Origin: Desulfobacterales bacterium
Lineage (GTDB): Bacteria > Desulfobacterota > Desulfobacteria > Desulfobacterales > SURF-7
Reading direction: 5' to 3'
DNA: 64,000 bases
NCBI GenBank assembly: GCA_018693105.1
Contig: JABHLN010000001.1
Location: forward strand, 4,750-68,749
Shown here: positions 37,588 to 47,900 of the stretch, piece by piece
Position numbering within the stretch: the stretch's first letter is position 1
Layout of the letters: each line of letters opens with the position of its first letter
Program-made: the position numbers and the translations under genes
The notes under the pieces: model-generated
What the model saw: only the letters and a program-made list of their open reading frames with translations
Databases searched by the model: none
Told to the model about the DNA's origin: nothing

Positions 37588-37740
37588 TGATGAACTCGTA
37601 AAAAGTATAACCGATGGCTAAGTAAAAATCTTCATATACAAGGCATAGTGGTTGATCAGGAGTGAAGGCATACATGTAGTATGTCGAACTTCTGATCAAC
37701 CGCTATAACGCCGTAGATGGAGACTTTTTACGACGCCATC
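37588..37740 (-). mobile_element. MITE-like element, family A, full copy (best-preserved)
   Basis: TGATGAACTCGTAAAAAGTATAACCGATGGCTAAGTAAAAATCTTCATATAC ... GTAGATGGAGACTTTTTACGACGCCATC. Flanked by AAGAT (37583-37587 and 37741-37745). Confidence 0.85.
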
Positions 37741-37767
37741 AAGATTAAAGGAAAGGATAAAACAGGA

Positions 37768-38895
37768 TTGAACAATATAATTGAAAAAAGACTGATAAAA
37801 CTAAGAGAATCGGTATTCCATGATAAAGAAGATAAATCGGAATATGGAATAGACACATTAATGGTTCTTATTGAGGAAAATCGCCGTTATTTAAGCGGAT
37901 TCACCGGAGAAGATACCCAGTTTGACGAATCAGCGGGCGCACTTTTTATAAACAAGGACAGGTTTATCCTTGCAACCGATTCCAGGTTTACAGAACAGGC
38001 TGAAAAAGAAGCCCCCATGTTTGAGATTGTATGTTACAAAGAAGGTCTGGCAAAGGAGTTGCCGGAAATCTTGCAGAAAATGGGAACAAAGAAGCTTGGG
38101 TTTGAAACCATACGCATGACATATTATCAATATAAAAAAATTTCGGAACAGTTTGATTTAAAAAATCTTGATATAGAACTTATTGAAACTGAAAACCTTG
38201 TAGAAAATTTCAGGGTCTGCAAAGACATTACCGAAATGCAAAAAATCAGAAATGCAATTTCAGTTGCAGAATCTGTTTTCACCGATGTAACCGGTAGACT
38301 TGAGCCTGGCATGACGGAAAGTAAAATAGCCTGGGATATTGAAAAAGGAATGAGGGAGGCCGGAGCGGAATCCTGCTCATTTGCAACAATAGTTGCATCA
38401 GGACCTAACAGCGCCATGCCTCATGCAATACCGGGAAACAGGAAAATCAAAAACGGCGAGCCGGTACTTATCGACTGGGGTGCTAAAATTGACGATTATT
38501 GTTCAGACACAACAAGGACAATAGTACTCGGTGAACCGGAAGATAGATTTAAAAAAGTATATATGGCAGTTTATGATGCCCAGCGTATGGCAATAGACGC
38601 AGTTAAACCGGGTGTAAGTTCAAAAAAAATTGATTCTATAGCAAGAAACCATATAAATAAAAAAGGATTTGAAGGAAAGTTCGGCCACGGCCTCGGGCAC
38701 GGTATAGGTCTTGCCGTACACGAACCACCGAGAGTCGGTCCATTGAAAGACACAATTATTGAGGAAGGAATGGTTTTCACTATTGAACCCGGAATTTACA
38801 TTCCGGGATGGGGTGGCATACGACTTGAAAACATGGTGGAGGTTCAAAAAGAAGGAGCTGAAGTACTTAACAATCTTGGTTTTTATAAATTCTGA
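37768..38895 (+). CDS. M24-family Xaa-Pro aminopeptidase/dipeptidase
   Basis: Creatinase-like N-domain plus M24 metal ligands (DWGAKIDDYCSDTTR, HGLGHGIG, EPG, ENMV). The ORF-track start at 37717 lies inside the repeat element. I propose the in-frame TTG at 37768, about 10 nt after AAAGGAAAGGA. Start is uncertain. Confidence 0.8.
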   Translation: MNNIIEKRLIKLRESVFHDKEDKSEYGIDTLMVLIEENRRYLSGFTGEDTQFDESAGALFINKDRFILATDSRFTEQAEKEAPMFEIVCYKEGLAKELPEILQKMGTKKLGFETIRMTYYQYKKISEQFDLKNLDIELIETENLVENFRVCKDITEMQKIRNAISVAESVFTDVTGRLEPGMTESKIAWDIEKGMREAGAESCSFATIVASGPNSAMPHAIPGNRKIKNGEPVLIDWGAKIDDYCSDTTRTIVLGEPEDRFKKVYMAVYDAQRMAIDAVKPGVSSKKIDSIARNHINKKGFEGKFGHGLGHGIGLAVHEPPRVGPLKDTIIEEGMVFTIEPGIYIPGWGGIRLENMVEVQKEGAEVLNNLGFYKF

Positions 38896-38954
38896 TGGCG
38901 TTGTATATGAAGATTTTTACTTAGCCATAGGTAATACTTTTTACGAGTTTATCA
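38894..38954 (+). repeat. Internally deleted family A element (termini retained, core lost)
   Basis: GATGGCGTTGTA is joined directly to TATGAAGATTTTTACTTAGCCATAGGTAATACTTTTTACGAGTTTATCA. It overlaps the TGA stop of the aminopeptidase gene. Confidence 0.65.
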
Positions 38955-39025
38955 AGTATGATAAACTTGCACAAAGCTGATTAATGACGCTTTGCATCCC
39001 AAAAAAAGAGATTCAGGCGCAGTGA

Positions 39026-39961
39026 ATGGTTTTAAAAACTATGAATTCAATGGATATTCAAACAGATAATCACCCGGATAATCATATTGACAGGTATATG
39101 AATTATCTGCTGGTTGAAAAAGGTTTGTCTGAAAAAACTATAGAATCATACAATAGCGATATAACAAGGTATATCGATTTTCTTGAAGATAACAAAATTA
39201 ATAAGCTTTCCGAAGCAGATACGACTGTGATTTTAAAGCATCTTATAGACCTCAGAAAATCAGGTCTCGGGGCAAGATCAAGGGCAAGACATCTTGTTAC
39301 ATTAAGAGGTTTTTACAAGTTTCTTGTCAATGAAAAAATTATCAGTCATGATCCGACAATTATTGTAGACCTACCAAAAAGCGGCCTTAAACTTCCTGAA
39401 GTTCTATCTGTAAGTGAAATTAACAGTTTTCTGAACACCCCCGATACAAATAAACCTTCAGGAATTCGGGACACTGCTATGCTCGAGCTTCTCTATGCTG
39501 CAGGACTGAGAGTTTCAGAACTTATTAATATTAAGCTTCAGAGTGTTAATACCGAAGCAGGATTTGTAAGGGTATACGGGAAAGGATCAAAGGAAAGAAT
39601 TATCCCCATTGGTCAGTATGCTAAAGAAAAAATTGATGAATATGTAGCTTCATCAAGGCAGATTCTCTTAAAAAATCATAAAAGCCAGTATCTTTTTGTG
39701 GCAAGAGCAGGTAAACCCATGACACGCCAGGGCTTCTGGAAGCTTGTAAAAAGATACGCCCTTATTTCAGGCACAAAAAAAAAGATTACACCTCATACTC
39801 TTCGACACTCCTTTGCAACCCACCTCCTTGAAGGAGGGGCAGACCTCAGAGCAGTCCAGATAATGCTTGGTCATGTTGATATTTCCACAACGCAGATATA
39901 TACTCATATAGCCCACGAGCATCTCCGGAAAATTCATGAACAATATCATCCAAGGGGATAA
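39026..39961 (+). CDS. xerD: Tyrosine site-specific recombinase XerD
   Basis: 311 aa. Catalytic region HTLRHSFATHLLEGGADLRAVQIMLGHVDISTTQIYTH and the XerD-like C-terminus HEQYHPRG. Confidence 0.75.
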   Translation: MVLKTMNSMDIQTDNHPDNHIDRYMNYLLVEKGLSEKTIESYNSDITRYIDFLEDNKINKLSEADTTVILKHLIDLRKSGLGARSRARHLVTLRGFYKFLVNEKIISHDPTIIVDLPKSGLKLPEVLSVSEINSFLNTPDTNKPSGIRDTAMLELLYAAGLRVSELINIKLQSVNTEAGFVRVYGKGSKERIIPIGQYAKEKIDEYVASSRQILLKNHKSQYLFVARAGKPMTRQGFWKLVKRYALISGTKKKITPHTLRHSFATHLLEGGADLRAVQIMLGHVDISTTQIYTHIAHEHLRKIHEQYHPRG

Positions 39962-40069
39962 GGCGGCGGGCTGAGAGTGGTGAGTTATTTGTTGTTGGCT
40001 ATGAACAGTTATCAGCTCTGGCCTTCTGAAGTTCCGACCTTCTAACTTCACCACTTCTTATCATATGAT

Positions 40070-40109
40070 CTTCTAACCTTCTGATCTTCTAATCTTCTGC
40101 TCTTGCGAC
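40070..40109. repeat. Five tandem octamers CTTCTRNY
   Basis: CTTCTAAC CTTCTGAT CTTCTAAT CTTCTGCT CTTGCGAC. Related CCTTCTGA/CCTTCTAA copies occur at 40022-40046. Confidence 0.6.
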
Positions 40110-40291
40110 ATCGGTCCCATATTTTTTAATTACACTCCAAAAAAACTTGCTTAAATCCTTGTATATGTTTTATATAATGAGTTTAAAAAAAATATGTAAA
40201 CTGAATTATACTCTTCATAATAATTTAGCATTAACTATTTAAAAATATAAATAATATTAATTGAAAACCAATCAGCTGATTAGATAATATT

Positions 40292-41953
40292 ATGAGTTCA
40301 TCATATAAGGAAAAAAAAATAACGGGCTGGTGGACATCAAACGGAACACAGCCTGAAACCGGAAGCAACTCTATAAAAGAAGCTATTTCAAGGGTTACTC
40401 ACCCGGTTTATATGGTTGATATGGACGGACATATGGGAGTCGGACATGATGGTATTGTTGTTATGGGTAAAGACGCCCCCGATATGTCTGAAGGTTACCC
40501 CCTTACAGCCTGGTCTCCGCCTCTTCATCCTGAAAACCTTGGTGATCCTGTTTTCAAAAAAAGGCACAATATTCGTTATCCTTACATTGCCGGTGCAATG
40601 GCGAACGGAATTACATCTACAGATATAGTTGAGGAGATGGGTTGTGCAGGAATGGCCGGTTTTTTTGGTGCAGGAGGCCTTACACTTGATAAAATCGAGG
40701 CAGCAATCGACAGACTTGAAGAGCGTCTCAAAGATATTACCTATGGTTTCAACCTCATACATAGCCCCAATGATCCTGATCATGAGAATGCAGTTGTTCA
40801 ACTTTATTTGCGGAGGGGAGTCAGACTGGTAAGCGCCGCGGCATATATGAACCTTACTCTTCCAATCGTATATTACCGCGTAAAGGGAATTCACCGTGAT
40901 ACCGACGGAAATATCATTTGCCCGAATAAGATAATTGCAAAGGTATCAAGGGTTGAGGTTGCAAGAAAATTCTTTTCTCCACCACCGGAAAAATTTCTCG
41001 GGCAGCTTTATGAAAGAAAATTGATTACCGAAGAAGAGGCCGAACTTGCACGGCATATTCCCATGGCAGACGACCTTACAGCTGAGGCAGATTCAGGTGG
41101 CCACACCGATAACCGCCCTGCCCTTGCACTATTGCCAAATATTATCGCCCTGCGTGATGAAATGGTAAGACAGTTTGATTACAAAGACCCTGTTTGTGTG
41201 GGTCTTGGAGGTGGTATTGCCACGCCGGAATCAACAGCGGCTGCTTTTGCAATGGGCGCTGCATATGTTTTGACAGGTTCTGTTAACCAATCCTGTGTGG
41301 AATCAGGAACATCGGAATCTGTAAGACAGATGCTTGCAGATGCCGGACAGGCTGATGTGTCCATGGCACCTGCTGCAGACATGTTTGAAATGGGAGTAAA
41401 AGTTCAGGTTCTTAAACGGGGAACTCTTTTCCCGGTGAGGGCTGCAAAACTTTACGAAATTTATTCAAGGTATAATAGTCTTGAAGAAATCCCGGAGAAT
41501 GAAACAAAAAATATTGAAAAAAACTTTTTTAAGTGCGGCTTACAAGAGGAATGGCACCGAACGAAAAGTTTTTTCCAGCAACGTGATCCAAGACAGATAA
41601 AACTTGCAGAATCAAAGCCGAAGCACAAAATGGCCCTTATCTTCAGGTCGTATCTAGGCCGTTCTTCATTCTGGGCTATATCAGGTGATTCGGATAGAAA
41701 AATCGATTTTCAGATCTGGTGCGGGCCGGCCATAGGCGCCTTTAACGAATGGGTAAGAGGAACATTTCTTGAAAAGCCTGAAAACAGAAAAGTCGTCACT
41801 GTAGCGATGAATCTTCTTTATGGTGCATCCATAGTAACACGTATAAACTGGCTTCGAAATCAGGGTATTGTTCTTCCAACTGATGCAGGAAGTTTTTCAC
41901 CAATGGAACTATCAGAAATTCAAAAGAATCTCGAAAATAAGGTAGCTAATTGA
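40292..41953 (+). CDS. pfaD: PfaD-family trans-acting enoyl reductase (FMN, nitronate monooxygenase-like)
   Basis: 553 aa. The family-typical N-terminus is followed by a TIM-barrel ER region (YPYIAGAMANGITS, EADSGGHTD). 4-nt TTGA overlap with the downstream megasynthase gene. Confidence 0.8.
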   Translation: MSSSYKEKKITGWWTSNGTQPETGSNSIKEAISRVTHPVYMVDMDGHMGVGHDGIVVMGKDAPDMSEGYPLTAWSPPLHPENLGDPVFKKRHNIRYPYIAGAMANGITSTDIVEEMGCAGMAGFFGAGGLTLDKIEAAIDRLEERLKDITYGFNLIHSPNDPDHENAVVQLYLRRGVRLVSAAAYMNLTLPIVYYRVKGIHRDTDGNIICPNKIIAKVSRVEVARKFFSPPPEKFLGQLYERKLITEEEAELARHIPMADDLTAEADSGGHTDNRPALALLPNIIALRDEMVRQFDYKDPVCVGLGGGIATPESTAAAFAMGAAYVLTGSVNQSCVESGTSESVRQMLADAGQADVSMAPAADMFEMGVKVQVLKRGTLFPVRAAKLYEIYSRYNSLEEIPENETKNIEKNFFKCGLQEEWHRTKSFFQQRDPRQIKLAESKPKHKMALIFRSYLGRSSFWAISGDSDRKIDFQIWCGPAIGAFNEWVRGTFLEKPENRKVVTVAMNLLYGASIVTRINWLRNQGIVLPTDAGSFSPMELSEIQKNLENKVAN

Positions 41954-44900
41954 AACATGACAAGAAAAAAATAAAACCGGATATTCCGGTTGCGATAATT
42001 GGTATCGGCTGTCTTTTTCCAAAGGCAGCAGGAGTTAAAGAATACTGGCGGCTGCTCTACCACGGAGAAGATGCAATAACTGAGGTTCCGGAAACACACT
42101 GGTCCATAAAAGACTATTTCCATAGTGATCCGAAAACACCTGATCATACCTATTGCAAACGTGGTGGTTTTCTTTCACCGGTATCTTATGATCCATCCGA
42201 ATTCGGAATTCCTCCTAATCTGATGGAAGCCACTGACACATCACAGCTTCTCGGACTTATTGTCGCAAAAATGGCTCTTGAGGACGCAGGTTATAAAAAA
42301 GAAGGGGCTTTTGACCGTGAGAAAACAAGTGTGATTCTCGGAGTAACGGGCACACAGGAGCTTGTCATTCCTCTTGGAGCAAGGCTTGGTCATCCAATAT
42401 GGCGAAGAGCGCTTGAAGATTCAGGGGCAACTCCTGAAATGACAGAGGAGGTTATCAGCAGAATTTCCGAAGCCTATGTCCCATGGCAGGAAAACTCTTT
42501 TCCGGGCCTTCTCGGAAATGTTATCCCCGGAAGAATCAGTAATCGTTTTAATCTGGGTGGCACAAACACGGGGGTAGATGCAGCATGCGCAAGCTCCTTA
42601 AGTGCGATCAACCTTGCTGTACTTGAACTGATATCCGGCCGGAACGACATGGTAATAACCGGCGGTGTGGATACTCTTAACGACATATTTATGCACATGT
42701 GCTTCTCCAAGACATCTGTCCTTTCACATACGGGAGACGCAAAACCATTTTCACAAGATGCTGACGGAACAGTACTTGGAGAAGGCATTGGAATGGTTGT
42801 TTTAAAACGCCTTGAAGATGCTGTAAAAGACGATGACAGAATTTATGCAGTAATAAAATCAATAGGTACTTCAAGCGATGGTAAGTCGGGAAGTATTTAT
42901 GCGCCAAATTCAACTGGACAGAAAAAAGCCCTGCAGATGGCATATAGAAACGCTGATGTATCTCCAGCAACTATAGAACTTCTTGAGGCCCATGGTACAG
43001 GAACAAGGGTGGGAGATGCGGTTGAATTTCAGGCATTAAAAGAGGTTTATTCTGATGCAGGAAGCCGTCCCGGAAACTGCGCCCTTGGTTCAGTTAAGTC
43101 AAACATAGGTCACTGCAAAGCTTCAGCCGGAGTTGCCGGTCTTATTAAAGCCGCGCTTTCACTGCATCACAAGGTGCTTCCACCCACATTGAAGGTGGGA
43201 AATCCTGATCCAAAACTATCAATCGAAAAATCTCCTTTTTATCTTATAAAAAAATCACGGCCATGGTTTTCCTTATACGACCATCCACGCAGAAGCGGTA
43301 TCAGTGCCTTCGGGTTCGGAGGAAGTAATTTCCATACAATCCTGGAAGAATATGAGCCAAGCAAAAACAAAATCTCATGGAACGCAACTATTGAAATAGT
43401 TGCATTGTCAGCATCAACAAAAAACAAACTTAAGGAAAGATTAGCTTCCTTTTCAGAACAGATAGAAAAGATATCAGCAAAAGAAAATTTCTCATTCAGT
43501 GAAATTTCATTTCCGGCATCAAAAACCAGGGGAAGCTTCTCCAGCAATGACAAGTATCGTCTCCTGATGGTTTTGGAACGTTCAGATAAAAAATCTTCGC
43601 ATAGTGACTCTGACGACAATAAAAATTACGACTTTATAAATGTTTTCAAAAAATCTCTGCATGCATTAGAGTCGGACAACCCTGACGATTTGAAAAACAT
43701 TGAGAACGTTTTCTATGGTGAATCTGAAAAGCCTGGACAGGTCGCTTTTATCTTCCCGGGACAGGGCAGTCAGTATGTAGATATGGGAAAAGACCTTATC
43801 TGCACATTTCCTGAAGCACAAAGCGCCCTTGAAGATGCAAATCGCAATTTCTTATCAGAAAACAAAGGTACACTCGGTAATTTCATTTACCCTCATAATA
43901 CAAATGATAATACTCCCGGTAATACAAAAGGCAAAAAAAGACTTGAAGACGCGTTGAGGAGTACAGATATTGCACAACCTTCAATAGGAGCAATAAGTCT
44001 TTCAATGCTCAATGTTCTCCAAAGCTTCGGGATAAGACCTGATGCCGTATGCGGACACAGCTTCGGTGAACTCACAGCACTCTGCTGTGCAGGCCGAATA
44101 AATGTTGAAACATTTTATTCCCTGTCAACTTCAAGGGGAAGATTCATGGCTGCAACCGGAGGAGCTCAGGGCTCCATGCTTGCTGTAAAAGCACCGCTTG
44201 ATGAAATTGATAATATTATCGAGGAAAATAATATTGATGTCATCCTTGCAAATAGAAACAGTTATGAGCAGGGCATTCTTTCAGGTTCAAAAGATGCAGT
44301 TTCCGAAGCTGAAAAAATATGCAGGCAGAAAGGATTTAGAACCACCCCGCTTCCTGTTGCAGCAGCATTTCACAGCCGACTGGTTGAGGATGCCGCAAAG
44401 CCCTTTAAAAAATTCCTTAAAAGTATTGATATTATTTCATCGGATATTCCTGTACTTTCCAATACAACAGGGAAACCATATCCTGATGATCAGGATGAGA
44501 CAAAAAAGATTCTCGGAAACCAGTTTCTTAAACCGGTTGATTTTGTAAGTGAAATTGAAAACCTTTATGAAACCGGAGTGCACACTTTTGTCGAAATAGG
44601 TCCGAAAACTGTTCTAACAGGCCTTGTAAAATCAATATTAAAAGGGCGGGATTTTACCGCTGTAGCAATGGATGGTTCAGCAGGGCGGCGTTTTGGTATA
44701 TCTGATCTTGCAAAGGTTCTCTGCAATCTTGCATCTCTTGGTTATGGAGTAGAAATTGACAGATGGGAGGAAACACCACCGGAACCTGAAAAACAGAATA
44801 TGAGCATACCTATTTCAGGCGCAAACTACTGGCTGCCTCCTAAACCAAAGCCAAAGAAGGGACCTCAACCGGTTATTGAATCAAAACCGGAAACTGAAAA

Positions 44901-47900
44901 GACATATACACAGAAAATCCTAAAAAGTAATTATTCAAACAAACCAGTTATTGATAAAACCAGACTAATGAGTGATGAAACGAAAATAAAAGATGACTAT
45001 ATTTCAAACGCGTTAAATGTTGTTCAGGAAAGTATTAGATCCATGCAGGCGCTTCAGAAACAAACCGCAGAAGCCCATTCAAAATTTCTGGAGACCCAAA
45101 CAGAGGCCGCAAAGACTTTACAGGTTATGATGGGACAAACCCAACGCATGGCTGAAGCAACTATCGGTATAGGATCATCCGAAGTTACACAGAAAGACTC
45201 CAGGGAAACAACATTTGAAACACAGTATGATAATAGACCCGATGAAAATATTAATAACAGGGACCTTGATCCACAGCCGTATGTTGCTAATAAGCCGGCA
45301 TTACCTGACCGTTCAATTATTCCTGAAAGTAACGGGATAGATGCACATGATTCAGGACAGTCAACATCTATATCAGCTGACATTGAAAAGAACATGCTGG
45401 ACATAGTTGCACATCTGACAGGATATCCTGTGGAAATGCTCGGCATGGAAATGGATATTGAAGCAGACCTTGGGATTGATTCAATCAAACGTGTTGAAAT
45501 ACTTTCAACTCTTGAAGAAAAAATGCCGGATCTTCCTGCTGTTTCACCTGAAGCTATGGGCGAGCTTAAAACTCTGGGACAGATTGTGGATTATCTGTCA
45601 CAGGGAGCAGTAAACGATAAGAGCAGTGAAGGTAAGACAATTCGCTCCGATGGCCCGGGCAACACTGAGATAGAAACCAACCTGCTTGATATAGTAAGCA
45701 ACCTCACAGGCTACCCGGTAGAAATGCTCGATACAAACATGGATATTGAAGCCGATCTTGGGATCGATTCAATCAAACGTGTTGAAATACTTTCGACGCT
45801 GGAAGAGAAAATGCCGAATCTTCCTGCTGTTTCACCTGAAGCCATGGGTGAGCTTAAAACTCTAGGACAGATAATCGAATACTTATTAGCGGGGGCTGAG
45901 AAGGACACACTCACAACCGAAGAACATGCACATAAAAATATAACAGCTTCCGGTTCAAGTTCAGCCAAAATAGAAAAAGAGCTATTGGATATTGTTGCAC
46001 AGCTCACCGGCTACCCTGTTGAAATGTTAGGCTCGGATATGGATATCGAAGCTGACCTCGGTATCGATTCAATTAAACGTGTTGAAATACTTTCAACACT
46101 CGAGGAAAAAATGCCTGACCTTCCTGCTGTTTCACCTGAAGCCATGGGTGAACTCAAAACACTTGGGCAAATTGTGGATTATCTATCAGGTGGAGGTGAA
46201 GAAAAAACTAAACCTGCACCTCATGACCTTGATTCTTCTAAAATAGTTGAGACTGTTTCGCCGAATGTTGAAGAAAAGGACCGGGAACCAAAAACAACTC
46301 TGGAACGTCAAACAATATCGATTGTTGAAACACCTTTTTCTCAACGAGTAAAAATAAATATTCCTGAAAGTAAAACAATATATATAACAAAAGAAAGTTC
46401 CGGCCTTTCAGAAGCAATAGCTGCCGAGCTTGACTCGAGAAATATCAGTTCGGATATTATTACTTCAAAACAGATTAAAAAAATCCTTAAGGGTGATAAG
46501 GTTCTTAAAAACGTTGGGGGTCTTATCATAATTGCAGGCCAGGATAATGATGATGATATCTGGAATAAAAAAATACAGGCATTCTTAAAAAATTCTTTTG
46601 TTCTTGCAAAACATTGTGCGCCTGGTCTTATCAAATCCTCGGAATCGGAAAACGGCGGCGCTGTTTTTGCTACTATAACCCGCCTTGACGGGTGTTTCGG
46701 CTTCAAAGGTAAAGGCGTAAAAAATCCGCTGCAGGGAGGGCTTGCAGGTCTTTCCAAAACGGCCTCAATTGAATGGGAAAATGTGGCATGTCGTGCGGTT
46801 GATATTGATCCGTCATGGCGGGATAACAAAGAGATAGCAGATGCAATAGTCTCAGAACTTTTGAATGATACCACTACTATTGAGATCGGCCTTACTCCTG
46901 AGAGACGATATACACTTAAGCTCAAAAAGTCGGGAGCACCTGACGGAAAAACCGTTTTAATAGAAAACGATGTTGTTGTTATCACCGGAGGAGCTAGAGG
47001 CGTAACAGCAGCCTGTGCACAGGCCCTTGCAGAACAAATCAAACCTGTCATCGTGCTCCTTGGAAGGTCTCCGGAACCTAAACCAGAGCCTGAATGGTTA
47101 AAAGGCCTTACTATTGAGTCACATATTAAAAAAGGAATTCTTGAAAACGAATTTAAAGACAAGAAAACAACGCCAAAAAAAATAGAGAAATCATATCAAA
47201 GGCATTATGCAAACCGTGAAATTTCTAAAACTCTTGAAGAACTAAAAGAAAAAGGGGTAGAAGCATTTTACTATTCTGCAGATGTTCGTGATCAGGAAGT
47301 AATGAACAAAACATTTGATAAAATAAGGGAAAAACACGGGCCTGTAAAAGCATTAATTCATGGTGCAGGAATTCTTGAGGATAAATTCATAACGGACAAA
47401 TCTCTGAAGCAATTTGAAAGGGTTTATGACACTAAAACAAAAGGATTGCGGGTTCTTCTTGAAGCAACAAAGGATGACAGTCTTAAATATATTGTTTTGT
47501 TTTCATCAGTAAGCGCAAGGCAGGGTAATAAAGGTCAGGTAGACTATGCTATGGCAAACGAAGTATTAAATAAGGTTGCACATTATAAGTCTGTTTTATT
47601 GCCTGAATGTAAAATAATTTCGATCAACTGGGGGCCATGGGATGGTGGTATGGTATCTCCATTATTAAAAAATGAATTCAGGCGAAACAATATTGAGCTG
47701 ATCCCTGTTGATACAGGTGCAAGATACATGGTTAATGAAATGAAAAACAGCAGGGAAAACCCTGTGGAAATTATCATCGGTGCAACAATGCATCCTGATA
47801 ATAAAGACGAAAACATTGAACCTGTCATAAAAAAGATAAAACGATCATTACCTGAAAGCAAAAAAATGGCACTTTCATTTAATAGGGATGTTAATATTGA

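Noticed and set aside
45380-46195. Regularly spaced repeats that might be mistaken for a CRISPR-like array
   Set aside because: The period is about 290 bp and the repeats lie in frame inside a 6.8-kb ORF, encoding ACP domains with the DSI phosphopantetheine site. No short repeat/spacer architecture occurs anywhere in the window.
46341-47162. 273-aa minus-strand ORF (with similar ones at 45054-45488, 47583-48077, 43239-43619 and 40388-40894)
   Set aside because: All lie antisense within the pfaA or pfaD coding regions, whose domain motifs are unambiguous. They are shadow ORFs.
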